Shown here piece by piece: positions 1 to 9,702 of a stretch of 54,992 nt of DNA. Position 1 is the first letter of the stretch; each line of letters starts with the position of its first letter. Source of the stretch: a virus (lineage: Duplodnaviria > Caudoviricetes); IMG/VR virus record IMGVR_UViG_3300012987_000011, positions 1 through 54,992 of that record; one strand, 5' to 3'. Under the pieces are notes generated by a model. It did no database searches. It saw only the letters and a list, made by a program, of their open reading frames with translations, and had not been told where the DNA came from. The translations under genes were made by a program, and so were the position numbers.

Positions 1-1
1 C

Positions 2-3000
2 GGGTGCTCCGAAGATGTCGCCGGCCATGCCGATCGTGTGCAGGCTGGCACTTTCCGAAGTGCGGTATGGGTCACCACCCGCCTTGCCCTCGTCGCCCAT
101 CGTCAGACCGAAGGCCTCCGCCTGCTGGCGGATGTACGCGATGATGTTGGCGTCAGGGATGACCTGTGCATTGGGCGCCCGTGACGCGTCGATCTTGGCC
201 TGCGCGCCCGGTGAGCCCGCGGCGATGACGCCGGAACCCTCGAACGGGTCGCCGACCGTGGCAGTGCTGGCCAGCAGCTGCGATCCGGCCACGCCAGCCG
301 GCGGTGCGATGCTGACGATGGAGCCATCCGAAAGCTGCACCTGCTGTGGGTAATTCGCGTATCTGTCCACGCCCTGGTTGAACGTGTCCTGCGTGGCTCC
401 ATCGACGTACTGGTCAGCGCCGCCACCCGCGATCATCGGGCCGAACTTGTCACCGTAGAACCCGGTGACCTGCCTGATGGCGTTGAAGTACGCGTTGTCA
501 GGGGACATGCCGAAGAACCCGAGCACGCCACCGAACAGAGTGTTGGCGAAGTTGCTGATGAAGTTGCCGCCCCACTCAGCAACGTAGGACAGCGGGTCGT
601 AGCTGGAGTCGCCCAGGCCCAGCTGCGCGGCACCCTCGCCGCCCTTCATGGCCGACTGCACGGTGCCGAGCCACGGGAACCAGGCGTTCAGGAATTGGCC
701 ACCCAGGTCGGTCGGCTGGCCATCGGCGCCGGGCGCGTACTGGCTGCCATAGGCCGGGTCGCTCGGGTCCATGGGTGCAGCGGTGACGCCAGGTGCCGCG
801 TTCTGCAGCTCAGGCGGGCCGGGGAGCGGCCCGACACCCGGCGTGCTGGTGCCGTGTGCGTTGGGGTCCGGAAGGCCTGCCTGCGGGACAGCAGGGGTCG
901 GCGGAGCGATGGCGGGGGCCACGATGTCGGGGATGGCCGGGGCCACCGGGTCGACGGGCGGGATGATCGGCGGGGCCAGCGGCACCGGCAGGTTGCCGGG
1001 GCCACCCAGGTCGAAGCCACGGCGGCGCGGCAGGTTGCGGTTGCCGGTCAGCTGCCACAGGCGCTCGTCACCGATGGCGTGGCGTGCGTGCGGGGGTAGC
1101 ACCCACTCGTCGTCGTGGACCTCCACGATGTGGCCGCCGCTGGGGCCACGGCCCTTGCCGCTCGGGGTCGGGCCGCCCGCCGCGTAGGAGAACAGCTCGC
1201 GGCTGTCCGCCTCGCTGAAGGTGATGTCGCGGGTGTTCTCGCCGAACCCACTGCGGTACGGGTTGCTGACTTGGTTGTTGCGGTCCTCCAGGTTCTTGGC
1301 GGCCGGGTCGCTCAGGCCCACCACCTGTGCACCGACAACGTCGCCGTCGAAGCCGATCTTGGTGACCTGCACGCCCTTGAAGAATGCCGCGCCGTTCGGG
1401 CTCAGCGTCGGCAACTTGCCGGTCGTGGCCTGCTGCTTCTGGGTCTCCAGATCCTGTGCTGAAGTGACCTGCGGCGCACGGGAGTTCAGGAACTGGCCAG
1501 CCAGACCCGCGGCCGCCGTGGTGCCGCCTGCGCGCTGGATGGCCTCGGCGACGTTGCCCAGGTCATAGGTGATCGCCCCGTTGCCCTCGGCCTCGCTGAT
1601 GCTCGACAGCCGGGAGATCTCCGAGGTGAACCACTTGACGTCATCCTGGTTGCCCAGGAACGCGCTGGTGACGCGCGCCGGGTCCAGGTCCAGGCCCATC
1701 CGCTTCAGCTCGGCCTCGACGGTCGGCTGGACCTTCGCCTTGAACTGCTCCAGGAACCCGCCGCGCGCCGCGCTACCGCCCGGCAGCACCGACGCGGCGA
1801 ACGCGTTGGCGTCGATGCCCAGCTTGCTGGTGGCGTCCAGGACGTTGCCCTTCAGGCCCGCGCTGGCGTCGGGCTGGAAGTCGGCCATCTCGTCCACCAC
1901 GGCGGCGATGGTGGCCGCGCCGGCCGCCTTGCTGACCCGCTCCAGGGAGTCGGCCAGCCGGTCGGTGCTGCGGCGCTGGCGGTCAGCCGCATCCGCCGCG
2001 TCGTCGTGGGTGTCCATCAGGGACAGCAGCGCGGTGATGGTGACAGCGACACCACCGACGATCGCGCCGTAGGGTCCGAGCACCGAGCCGACCATCGCCA
2101 GCTTCTGGGCCGCATTGCTGACGCCGCTGCCCGCCTTGCCGACCTTGCCGAACGCGGTGTCGATCTCCTTGGCCGCGTCGGCACCCTTCTTCTTCGCGCC
2201 ATCGAACCCGGTTCCCAGCCCGACGAGCGCGGTGGACATCAGGCCGACGCCCACCTCGACGCCGGAGATGATCGGGCGGATGGCCGACCAGCCCAGGAAC
2301 GCGGTGGCCACCGCGGTCACCAGGGCGGGGCTGTGCTCCAGCACCTCGGTGAAGATGTTGATGATCGGCAGTACGGCTTGGATAGCCTGCCGCGCGGCCT
2401 CCATTGCCGTGCCAAAAATTGGCGCGAGATCCTGGAGGATTGGTCGCCACGCCTCGAAGTCGGTCTTCACGTTGTTGATGAAGATCCGCAGATCCTCTTG
2501 TCCCCGTGCGGAGTTCAAGAAGTTCGACAGCTTCTTGGTCAGGTTCTCCAGCATGTTGAGGAACCCGCCACCGAAGGCCTTACCGATGCCAGAAACTGAC
2601 GTGCCGACGTTGGAGATGATGCGTCCCAGCGTGGAGAAGCCGTCGATGCCGCTGTTGATCATCTTGTCCAGGCGGCCGTTGTCGTCGGAGGCCTGCACCC
2701 AGTTGGCGAACTTGTTGGTGACATCCTCGATACCAAGTGCCAAGCGCGGCATGGCATCCGAGCCCGCAGCAGCCAGCGTGCCCATGCCGCGGATGATCGG
2801 GTCGATGCTGCGGTTCAGGCGACGCTGAGTCTCCTCGGTGTTGCCGAAGATCCGGTCAAAGATCGACTGCGTGCTGGAGGTGCCCAGCGTGCTGGTCATC
2901 TGCTTCAGGGTCTCGTTCCACACCGTGCCCATGCCACCGAGGCGGCGTTGTAGCAGCGGCATGCTGGTGTTGGCTAACACCTCGATGTTCTGCGAGAAAT

Positions 3001-4528
3001 CCTTGAACATGTTGCCAGCCACGGTCCGTCGCAGATCCTGGAAAGCAGGCTTCATGCCCCACACGGTCTCGACAACCTTGGCGGTCTCCGGCCCCAGGTT
3101 CTCCATGGCGGCCTTGACCTTGTCGGCCGCGTTGGCCGCGCCCGAGGACTCGATGCGCAGCTGGGTGGTCGCCGCGGTGAGCGCCTGGGTGCTGCGGATC
3201 AGGTTCTCCTGGGCGGACACCACGGCGTCAGATCCGTTGATACCCTTCTTGTCCGCCTCGGTGACGTCCTCTTTGTTCCGCTTCTGCCGCTCCAGGGCGA
3301 CGCTCAGTGACTCCTGCGCCTGCAGCTCACGGAGCACCGCGCGGTCCCGATCCAGGGTGCCTTTGAACCCACCCTTGGCCAACTCGTTGCGGGCCTCGCG
3401 GAGGTTCAGTGCGGCCTCGGCCACGCTCAGGTTGTTGCTGCGTTCCTCGCGGTGCAGATCCTCCAGGTCACGACGGGCATCCTTGCGGGCGTCGTTCAGA
3501 TCCTTCTGTGCGCGTGTGACATCCACGCTGGCGTTGCGCACCGAGTCGTAGGCCTGTGCCATACGCGCGGCGTCGGTGGTGGCCTGCTCGGCGGAGCGGT
3601 CCTGCTCAGCAGTCAGTGCCTTCCAGGCGTCGCCGATACCGGCCAGACCCAGGGCGAACGTACCGATCGACGCGCCCGCCACGGCCAGCCCACCGGGCAC
3701 GGCGAGGCCTGCCTGCGACAGCTGATGGAGGCTGGCGATGAGGCTGGCGATGCCCGCTACCGCGGCCGGGATTACCTGTGTACCAAGAGATCCCAGGGGC
3801 AGGCGGAGCTGGACACCAGCGAATGTCGGCTGGATACGCAGCCGAAAGTTCTCCTGAAAGTCGCGCTGCAGGTTCGCCATCTGGCGCTTGAGCTGCGCGT
3901 TACTTCCGATGTTGCCGTTGATCTGCGGGTTGATCTTCGGTGCGCTCGGCCCATTGGCCTGCTGCACCGCGGACTTCATGACGGCGATCATCTGCGCCTG
4001 GAACTGGCGGCTGTTGATCTGCGGGGTGGCGGCGAAGTTACCGCCCTGGGGACCGGCGCCGGCCGACCCTGGGATGTTGCGTGCCCGCCAGTTGCGCGAG
4101 CCCGCGCCTGTGGTCACGCCGGTGATGCCGCCCTGCTGCGGGGACACGTGGATGCGCAGTGGCACCGCCTCCTGGCGGCGACGCCACGCCAGGATCTGTG
4201 CGTTCGCACGGGTGAAGTCGACGGTGGCCGACAGCTGCACGCTCAGGTGCAGGTTCTGGGTGGCCGCGTTGACCTGGTCGCGCACGGAGGTGCGGAAGGT
4301 GGGTGCCAGGATCGGCTTGAGTTCGACCCGCTTCACCAGGTCGTGGGTGGCCTTGATCTTCTTGTCGGCCTCGGTGGCGAATCCGTCGCCAACAGGACGC
4401 AGTCGCACGTCGGCGTGCAGCGGCTTGTTGGCGACGGATGCCCGAATGGCTGCTCGCGCGTTGTTGTAGAAGTTCCGCGCGATGGGTTCGAGGAGGATCT
4501 TCGCCTTGCCGGCGGTGTAGTCAGGCAT
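2..4528 (-). CDS. Tape measure protein (3' end runs off the window)
   Basis: Open frame from ATG at 4528 (MPDYTAGKAKILLEPIA...) to the window edge; >1500 aa, Ala/Gly-rich and helical; directly follows the tail assembly chaperones; absent from the ORF track because it has no stop in the window. Confidence 0.93.
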   Translation of the reverse strand, partial: MPDYTAGKAKILLEPIARNFYNNARAAIRASVANKPLHADVRLRPVGDGFATEADKKIKATHDLVKRVELKPILAPTFRTSVRDQVNAATQNLHLSVQLSATVDFTRANAQILAWRRRQEAVPLRIHVSPQQGGITGVTTGAGSRNWRARNIPGSAGAGPQGGNFAATPQINSRQFQAQMIAVMKSAVQQANGPSAPKINPQINGNIGSNAQLKRQMANLQRDFQENFRLRIQPTFAGVQLRLPLGSLGTQVIPAAVAGIASLIASLHQLSQAGLAVPGGLAVAGASIGTFALGLAGIGDAWKALTAEQDRSAEQATTDAARMAQAYDSVRNASVDVTRAQKDLNDARKDARRDLEDLHREERSNNLSVAEAALNLREARNELAKGGFKGTLDRDRAVLRELQAQESLSVALERQKRNKEDVTEADKKGINGSDAVVSAQENLIRSTQALTAATTQLRIESSGAANAADKVKAAMENLGPETAKVVETVWGMKPAFQDLRRTVAGNMFKDFSQNIEVLANTSMPLLQRRLGGMGTVWNETLKQMTSTLGTSSTQSIFDRIFGNTEETQRRLNRSIDPIIRGMGTLAAAGSDAMPRLALGIEDVTNKFANWVQASDDNGRLDKMINSGIDGFSTLGRIISNVGTSVSGIGKAFGGGFLNMLENLTKKLSNFLNSARGQEDLRIFINNVKTDFEAWRPILQDLAPIFGTAMEAARQAIQAVLPIINIFTEVLEHSPALVTAVATAFLGWSAIRPIISGVEVGVGLMSTALVGLGTGFDGAKKKGADAAKEIDTAFGKVGKAGSGVSNAAQKLAMVGSVLGPYGAIVGGVAVTITALLSLMDTHDDAADAADRQRRSTDRLADSLERVSKAAGAATIAAVVDEMADFQPDASAGLKGNVLDATSKLGIDANAFAASVLPGGSAARGGFLEQFKAKVQPTVEAELKRMGLDLDPARVTSAFLGNQDDVKWFTSEISRLSSISEAEGNGAITYDLGNVAEAIQRAGGTTAAAGLAGQFLNSRAPQVTSAQDLETQKQQATTGKLPTLSPNGAAFFKGVQVTKIGFDGDVVGAQVVGLSDPAAKNLEDRNNQVSNPYRSGFGENTRDITFSEADSRELFSYAAGGPTPSGKGRGPSGGHIVEVHDDEWVLPPHARHAIGDERLWQLTGNRNLPRRRGFDLGGPGNLPVPLAPPIIPPVDPVAPAIPDIVAPAIAPPTPAVPQAGLPDPNAHGTSTPGVGPLPGPPELQNAAPGVTAAPMDPSDPAYGSQYAPGADGQPTDLGGQFLNAWFPWLGTVQSAMKGGEGAAQLGLGDSSYDPLSYVAEWGGNFISNFANTLFGGVLGFFGMSPDNAYFNAIRQVTGFYGDKFGPMIAGGGADQYVDGATQDTFNQGVDRYANYPQQVQLSDGSIVSIAPPAGVAGSQLLASTATVGDPFEGSGVIAAGSPGAQAKIDASRAPNAQVIPDANIIAYIRQQAEAFGLTMGDEGKAGGDPYRTSESASLHTIGMAGDIFGAP

Positions 4529-5015
4529 TCACCAGCCCCCTCTTCTTCCGGTTGCGAGCCTGAGACTCTTCGATGGCGTTGCTCCGCTTGATCTTTGCGA
4601 ACTCGCGGAGCCTGCTTTCCACGATCTCCAGCGGGAACACCGGACCCTTGATGGTCTGCAGCTTCTCGTTGTGCGCCGACTCGGCACGCAGGGCGATGAG
4701 CTGGTTGGCCACCATGAGGAATCCGGACGCTGTCTGGCTGAACCCGAACAGTTCGGGACGGGCGTTGGCCGTGTCGACCTTGCCTGCCTTCATGTCCGCC
4801 TCCAGCCTGTCGATCATGCCGGGGTCTGCGAGCTTATTGGCCCAAACCGCTGACCCCTGAATGGTTCCGAGTCGATCGACGTAGCGCAGGAACTCGCTCC
4901 AGGGCCGGAGTCCGTGCACGTAGTCGAGCGCGTGGAAGTGGAAGTATTGGGCGAAGTCGCCCTCCACCTCTACCCAGTAGCGCTCAACGATGTCGGCGAC
5001 TCGTCGTCGTTTCCC
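4521..5015 (-). CDS. Tail assembly chaperone, -1 frameshifted C-terminal extension (G-T type)
   Basis: ORF 4521..4967 is in the -1 frame of the upstream chaperone and open back to the slippery site G GGA AAC at 5009-5015. Confidence 0.85.
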   Translation of the reverse strand, partial: GKRRRVADIVERYWVEVEGDFAQYFHFHALDYVHGLRPWSEFLRYVDRLGTIQGSAVWANKLADPGMIDRLEADMKAGKVDTANARPELFGFSQTASGFLMVANQLIALRAESAHNEKLQTIKGPVFPLEIVESRLREFAKIKRSNAIEESQARNRKKRGLVNA

Positions 5016-5578
5016 TCGGCCTCCTCGTCAACGACGTGGCCACAGGTGGGGCAGGTTCCGCCTTCCGGCGTGGGCAAGAAGTAGTCAGAGATGTTCTTGT
5101 AGAAGGTATTCCAGACGACACCCTGCTCGTTTTTGAAGCGTTCGATGACCGCTTCATACTGGGCGCCGAACAGTGCCTTGTCGTATTCCAGACCGGCGCG
5201 CTCGGCGACTTCTTCCAGCTTCTTGAGGGATTCCTTGTCGAGATCGGGCAGCACCGGAGCGCCGCGATCGTCTCGCAGGATCCCGTCCTTCGCGGAGGGG
5301 TCGGGCAGTGGGAGCATCATCGAATCCAGCTGGTTCCTGGCGATGATGTAGGCCGTCTGCGCCTGGTTGATGCGCTGGAGACGGGCCTGGTCAGGGGCCT
5401 CGACAGAGAGGGTGGCGGTGACGGGGTACGGGGGTAGCCGTACCTCGTCCGCCAACTCTGCCAGCTTGCCGATGAACGGTTCGACTGGGGGCACCGCTCG
5501 CGTTGCTGCTGCTTTCTGCGCCGGAGAGATCTTTGGCGTTGCAGTCCTGCGAGGTGCCCGACGAGTTGATTCAGGCAT
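4970..5578 (-). CDS. Tail assembly chaperone (G type)
   Basis: Lies between major tail and tape measure genes; AAGGAG RBS; slippery site near the 3' end. Confidence 0.88.
   Translation of the reverse strand: MPESTRRAPRRTATPKISPAQKAAATRAVPPVEPFIGKLAELADEVRLPPYPVTATLSVEAPDQARLQRINQAQTAYIIARNQLDSMMLPLPDPSAKDGILRDDRGAPVLPDLDKESLKKLEEVAERAGLEYDKALFGAQYEAVIERFKNEQGVVWNTFYKNISDYFLPTPEGGTCPTCGHVVDEEAEGNDDESPTSLSATG
5009..5015 (-). other. Programmed -1 ribosomal frameshift site GGGAAAC
   Basis: X XXY YYZ heptamer in the correct phase (GAG GGA AAC); the shift gives GKRRRVADIVERYWVEVEGDF, continuous with the next ORF. Confidence 0.85.
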
Positions 5579-5609
5579 GATCTGTTGTCCTACTCCTTAT
5601 TTCAGGGGG

Positions 5610-6263
5610 TTAAGAACCGAAGCCGGTGTCAGCGACGGTCTGCAGCAGCTGCCAGCCGGGGCCGCAGATGCCGAGCTTGGCCGGCGAGCCGACCGTCTTG
5701 TCGTACTTGGCGGTGTACGTGTACGGGTAGCGCAGCACGTTGTTGTCCACCGCCTGGGTGTTGTCGCGGTTGCTGATCGTGGCCTTGTTCAGCAGCCAGT
5801 AGATGTAGATGTCCTCGCCCTCGAAGTCATCCCAGCCCAGCGCGATGGTGCGGTAGCGCAAGTTGAGCGGGAGCGACGGGAGGACCATGACCACGCCACC
5901 ATGCGGGGACGGGTTCACGTCGGAGAAGTCGGCGCCCCAGTACTTTTCGAGGTTGCCGCGGTTGGTCTCCTGGGGCACGACACCCAAGGTGATCTCCCGC
6001 TGGTTCGCCCACTCGCGGGTCGGTTCACCGAAACCGTGCGACCGGATCTGCACCATCTCGATGTTCTGGCCGAGCGAGACGCCGTCCTCCTTGGTGTGGA
6101 GGCCGGTGGGAACGTACTCGTCGGGGATGTCCAGCGAGCCGTCGCTGACATCCTCCAGGGTCGTCAGCGCTGTGGTGCCGACGTAGGGAGCGGTGAGGAT
6201 GGAGAAGTCGCGCGCGGCAAGCTCCAGTTCCTCCTGCGCATTCTGAATTGCCTTGATGCTCAT
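5610..6263 (-). CDS. Major tail protein
   Basis: 217 aa, synteny, and sequence style of actinophage tail tube proteins (GLHTKEDGVSL...SHGFGEPTR...GPGW). Confidence 0.88.
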   Translation of the reverse strand: MSIKAIQNAQEELELAARDFSILTAPYVGTTALTTLEDVSDGSLDIPDEYVPTGLHTKEDGVSLGQNIEMVQIRSHGFGEPTREWANQREITLGVVPQETNRGNLEKYWGADFSDVNPSPHGGVVMVLPSLPLNLRYRTIALGWDDFEGEDIYIYWLLNKATISNRDNTQAVDNNVLRYPYTYTAKYDKTVGSPAKLGICGPGWQLLQTVADTGFGS

Positions 6264-6296
6264 GGTCGGAGCCTTCCTCCGTTCGGTGCCGTCCGG

Positions 6297-6836
6297 TCAG
6301 AGACCGAGTTCTCCGGCATATTTCGAGAAGCTGGGCAAACCCTTGCGTCGCTGGACATCCAGCTCGAAGGTAACCGGCACAAGCCGTGGGTCTCTGAACG
6401 CTTCGGGAGTCAACGTCGGTCCGACGATTTCGCCCTGAACACTGATGACAGCATAGAGGTCGTCAACCGATATGCGGCCCCCGCCGCCCAGATAACAGTA
6501 CAAAACCTGTCGCACGAACTCGATCACTTCCCACGACAGGTCTCTGCTGGCGGAGAGGGCGGCAAACTGCACGTGGGCGCGATCGACATCACCCTTGCCT
6601 CCCTCGCCCTTGACGATCCGACCACCGCTGCGGAAGATCCGCAGGTAGATGGTCCTGTCCTCCTCGATCGCGTGCAGCAGCTCCTGTTCGGGAGGCAGCC
6701 AGCCGAGGCAGACGACATTGGAGAGCAGCTGCGAGAAATAGCTCTGCAGCAGCCACTCGATGTCCACGAAGCCACCCTCGTACCAGTCCGGAAAGCCCGG
6801 CAGGGTACTCGGCAGTGGCGGCGCGGGCGCAATCAC
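6297..6836 (-). CDS. Tail terminator
   Basis: Directly upstream of major tail; W-Y-x-G-G-F-x-D-x-E N-terminus typical of mycobacteriophage tail terminators. Confidence 0.72.
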   Translation of the reverse strand: MIAPAPPLPSTLPGFPDWYEGGFVDIEWLLQSYFSQLLSNVVCLGWLPPEQELLHAIEEDRTIYLRIFRSGGRIVKGEGGKGDVDRAHVQFAALSASRDLSWEVIEFVRQVLYCYLGGGGRISVDDLYAVISVQGEIVGPTLTPEAFRDPRLVPVTFELDVQRRKGLPSFSKYAGELGL

Positions 6837-7192
6837 AGCATCTCCAGCACGTAGTTGAGGTCGTTGGCAGCGGCGATCTCCGCCTCGACACTGGCGTCTC
6901 GCTCTGCCTCCCAGCCAAATTCGTGCGGGAGGATGTGACTGGAGGTCACCTCCATGACGCCCTGCCAGCGGGTGCCCATGTCGGTGACGGTCTTCTCGGT
7001 GTAGGCGGCCGCGGAGTTGTGCAGCCGGTCGCCGGCATACCGCGGGTCGGTGCCACGCTCCACGATGCGCTGGTAAATCCCCTTGGCCCGTTGGGCTTCC
7101 AGCAGGCAGATCGCACGCAGCGCGTTGCTGTTGAGGATGAAGATGAGGGCAGGGTTGGGCGGCCCGTACAGTTCGATGTCGGAGTCGAGCAT
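6833..7192 (-). CDS. Head-tail connector region protein (HK97 gp10-like position)
   Basis: Synteny, overlaps with both neighbours, C-terminal HEFG motif. Confidence 0.6.
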   Translation of the reverse strand: MLDSDIELYGPPNPALIFILNSNALRAICLLEAQRAKGIYQRIVERGTDPRYAGDRLHNSAAAYTEKTVTDMGTRWQGVMEVTSSHILPHEFGWEAERDASVEAEIAAANDLNYVLEML

Positions 7193-7590
7193 CAGCCGCC
7201 CTTTCGCACAGTGAACTCGACGTAGCCGTAGTCCTCGCCGGTCAGCGCGTGGTCATAGTCCCACCGGGCGTCGGCGACGATGCCGTACCAGGTTCCGTTG
7301 TAGAAGAACCGCATATTGTCCTTGACGCCTGATTCTCGCGGCACGAACACGGAGCCTGACTGTGTCGATGCCGTTCCGCGCGAAAGGGTCTGGGCAAGCG
7401 GTGCGTCAACCACCGGGACGCAGTGATCCAGAGTGCCGACAGGGCGTCCCGCGCGAGGCTTCTGGTTGACGATGCCAGTGGCGGCCTGCCAGTCGTGGTT
7501 ACCGCGGGCCTGCTGCTGCGGGGTGGCATGGTCCTCCTCGAACGCCAGGGAGACGCCCTTCACGCTCACGCCGGGAATGAAGACGGTCAC
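7192..7590 (-). CDS. Head-to-tail stopper (putative)
   Basis: Synteny, 132 aa, 4-bp overlap with the adaptor gene. Confidence 0.6.
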   Translation of the reverse strand: MTVFIPGVSVKGVSLAFEEDHATPQQQARGNHDWQAATGIVNQKPRAGRPVGTLDHCVPVVDAPLAQTLSRGTASTQSGSVFVPRESGVKDNMRFFYNGTWYGIVADARWDYDHALTGEDYGYVEFTVRKGG

Positions 7591-8072
7591 GGGGAGTCCC
7601 AGTGGGCAGAGAAATCGAAGCCGGGGTTGCGTGCCTCGCGCTCGGGGTACATCGGCAGGTGCTCCACGAACTTCTTGGGCTTGCGCAGCATGAGCTTGTC
7701 AGCGCGCGAGAGCCAGGGGGAGCCGAAGACGACGTCGTCGCCGAACGTGGTGGTGTGGCCCATCGGACCCATGGAGCTGTTGAAACTGCGGGTGCCCGGC
7801 AGCATGGTGCCGCCCAGGACGCCGCCAGGCGTCCCAGAGGTGCCGAAGGTGCGGGCGATCATGCGGGAGGCGACGACACGCACGTTCTGGGGCGCATCAT
7901 CGGGCACTCCATCGTCGTCGGCGTCGGGGCCGGAGAAGGTGTGCTCCAGGTAGCCCTCGATGAGGGCGGTGGCCTCCTCGGCCAGGCCCTCGAATGCGGA
8001 TCCTTCTTCGGTGGTCAGGTCGCGGCCGCCAAGACGCTTCTTGACGTCCTCGGTGCTGCACAGAACGCTCAC
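7587..8072 (-). CDS. Head-to-tail adaptor
   Basis: GTG at 8072 after GGGAGG; 'CSTEDVKKRLGGRDLT...EEATALIEGYL' typical of gp19/gp15/gp42-like adaptors. Confidence 0.78.
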   Translation of the reverse strand: MSVLCSTEDVKKRLGGRDLTTEEGSAFEGLAEEATALIEGYLEHTFSGPDADDDGVPDDAPQNVRVVASRMIARTFGTSGTPGGVLGGTMLPGTRSFNSSMGPMGHTTTFGDDVVFGSPWLSRADKLMLRKPKKFVEHLPMYPEREARNPGFDFSAHWDSP

Positions 8073-8092
8073 GATGACCTCCCTGGTGAGTG

Positions 8093-8164
8093 GGGACGGG
8101 CGCTGGTAGCTGTTCGGGTAAACACCCCTGCAAACCCTGCGCTGGCCGATCCGGCGCCCGTCCC
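8093..8164 (-). terminator. Stem-loop after the major capsid gene
   Basis: 11-bp inverted repeat GGGACGGGCGC/GCGCCCGTCCC in the capsid-adaptor gap; no U-tract. Confidence 0.5.
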
Positions 8165-8175
8165 AACTCGGTCTG

Positions 8176-9267
8176 TTACGACGCCTCGGGCAGAACCGTG
8201 GCGACCATCGAACGGTTGGCGTCGCCGGCCACGGGCATTGCGATGGCGCTGCAGTGAACCCAGAGACCGATCGGGTCTCGGGTCTTCCACACGCCGGCCA
8301 CGATGCCGGGCAGCTCGTCGCCCTCCAAGCCGTACTCCGGCTCGTCGGCCTCCAGGGTCTGACCCCAGTAGGTCGCACCCAGACCACCCTGATCGACACC
8401 AGCGCCTGCCGGGGGCAGGAGGAACACCTTGTTCGGGCTCAGGATCGGGCGGGTGATCACACCGTCGCCGTCCCCGTTGTCAAACTGGGCCTTCCGTTCG
8501 TAGATGTCGATCGGGGGGATCTCGTTGTCCTCCAGGACGGCGTTGACGGCCGCCCGGTTGATGCGGGAGGGCTGACCCACCAGCGTGGCGTACAGGGCGC
8601 GGAACTCCTTGTTGCGAGCGAGTGCCGCCACCTGGCGCCGGCTGGTGAACAGGATGGAGCCGGGGCGGACGTTGTTGATCCGCTCGTAGTCCTCCACCCA
8701 GCCGATGAGCTGTTCGATGACAGCTGCATCGGGGTCGTCCCAGAAGTCGCCGCCACCGTCGGTGGCCGAGACTTCCATGGACGGGTCGCGCTCGAAATCG
8801 AACGCCTGGATGAACCCGTTCTCCGCGATGTCGAGCCCGCCGGTCTCCAGGGCCTGGCCGCGAGCGACCTCCAGCCGGTTGGTGACCGCGTTGACGATGT
8901 TGTCCGTCAGCTTGAGCAGCGAGTTCGTGACCACCACGTCGCCCTGGGTGTTGCCGTCTCGCTGGCGCAGCTGATCACGCTCGGAGATGCGGTTCTTCAG
9001 GCCGATCGGGGGCAGTTCGATGAACACCTTCTGGCGTCCCTGGGTCTTACCCAGCGGCACCTCGGCGTCGTACGAACGGAACGGCGCGACAGGCAGGAGA
9101 CCGGCGCCGCCGACCTCGAACTGCGCGACGATGTCCGGAACGAACTCGTTCGGGAAGTAGCGGGACAGCGAGCCCCACTGGCGTTCCAGATCCTCCTGCG
9201 ACGCACGGGCATAGCCGGTGAGCGTCGCCGGGGTGATCAGGCTTGTCCAAAGCTGGCCTTCAGGCAT
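8176..9267 (-). CDS. Major capsid protein (phage major capsid E-like family)
   Basis: 363 aa, follows scaffold and decoration genes, strong RBS, 'RLEVARGQALETG' motif. Confidence 0.9.
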   Translation of the reverse strand: MPEGQLWTSLITPATLTGYARASQEDLERQWGSLSRYFPNEFVPDIVAQFEVGGAGLLPVAPFRSYDAEVPLGKTQGRQKVFIELPPIGLKNRISERDQLRQRDGNTQGDVVVTNSLLKLTDNIVNAVTNRLEVARGQALETGGLDIAENGFIQAFDFERDPSMEVSATDGGGDFWDDPDAAVIEQLIGWVEDYERINNVRPGSILFTSRRQVAALARNKEFRALYATLVGQPSRINRAAVNAVLEDNEIPPIDIYERKAQFDNGDGDGVITRPILSPNKVFLLPPAGAGVDQGGLGATYWGQTLEADEPEYGLEGDELPGIVAGVWKTRDPIGLWVHCSAIAMPVAGDANRSMVATVLPEAS

Positions 9268-9281
9268 GTGTCAGCGCTCCC

Positions 9282-9668
9282 TTACACGAACCGGAAAGTG
9301 CCACTGGTCGTCGGGGAAGCCCCGACCTGATGACCACTGGGCAGATTGGACACGATGATGCGGCCGGTATCCAACAGCGGCACGACGATGTCGTGCGTGT
9401 TGTCCAGCCGCGGGTCGACGGGCGTCGGGGTGAGAATGAAGCCCGCCAGCGTGCCAGCGCCCGCGTAGGGCACCAGCTTCTGCTTGCCGTCCACGGTGGC
9501 GTACTTCGCCGGCTCACCGCTGCGGATGTAGTTGCCGGTCTGAATCTTCGAGGTCCACGCCGACAGGTCGATGGTCGCAGTGCGGGCGCTGTCGACGCCG
9601 TCACTGCTACCAAGCCATGTCAGGTCGTCTACACCGAAGGATTCACGGCGGAATCCAAGCTGGACCAT
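9282..9668 (-). CDS. Capsid decoration protein
   Basis: 128 aa between scaffold and capsid; 'YIRSGEP...LAGFIL...GRIIVSNLP'. Confidence 0.75.
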   Translation of the reverse strand: MVQLGFRRESFGVDDLTWLGSSDGVDSARTATIDLSAWTSKIQTGNYIRSGEPAKYATVDGKQKLVPYAGAGTLAGFILTPTPVDPRLDNTHDIVVPLLDTGRIIVSNLPSGHQVGASPTTSGTFRFV

Positions 9669-9702
9669 GACCTTTCCTTCCGAGAGTCGTTACGTCGCAA
9701 CA

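Noticed and set aside
15-4591. Numerous long plus-strand ORFs here and across the window (e.g. 5367..6854, 33379..34773)
   Set aside because: Antisense shadows of GC-rich minus-strand genes, with no RBS or protein-like features
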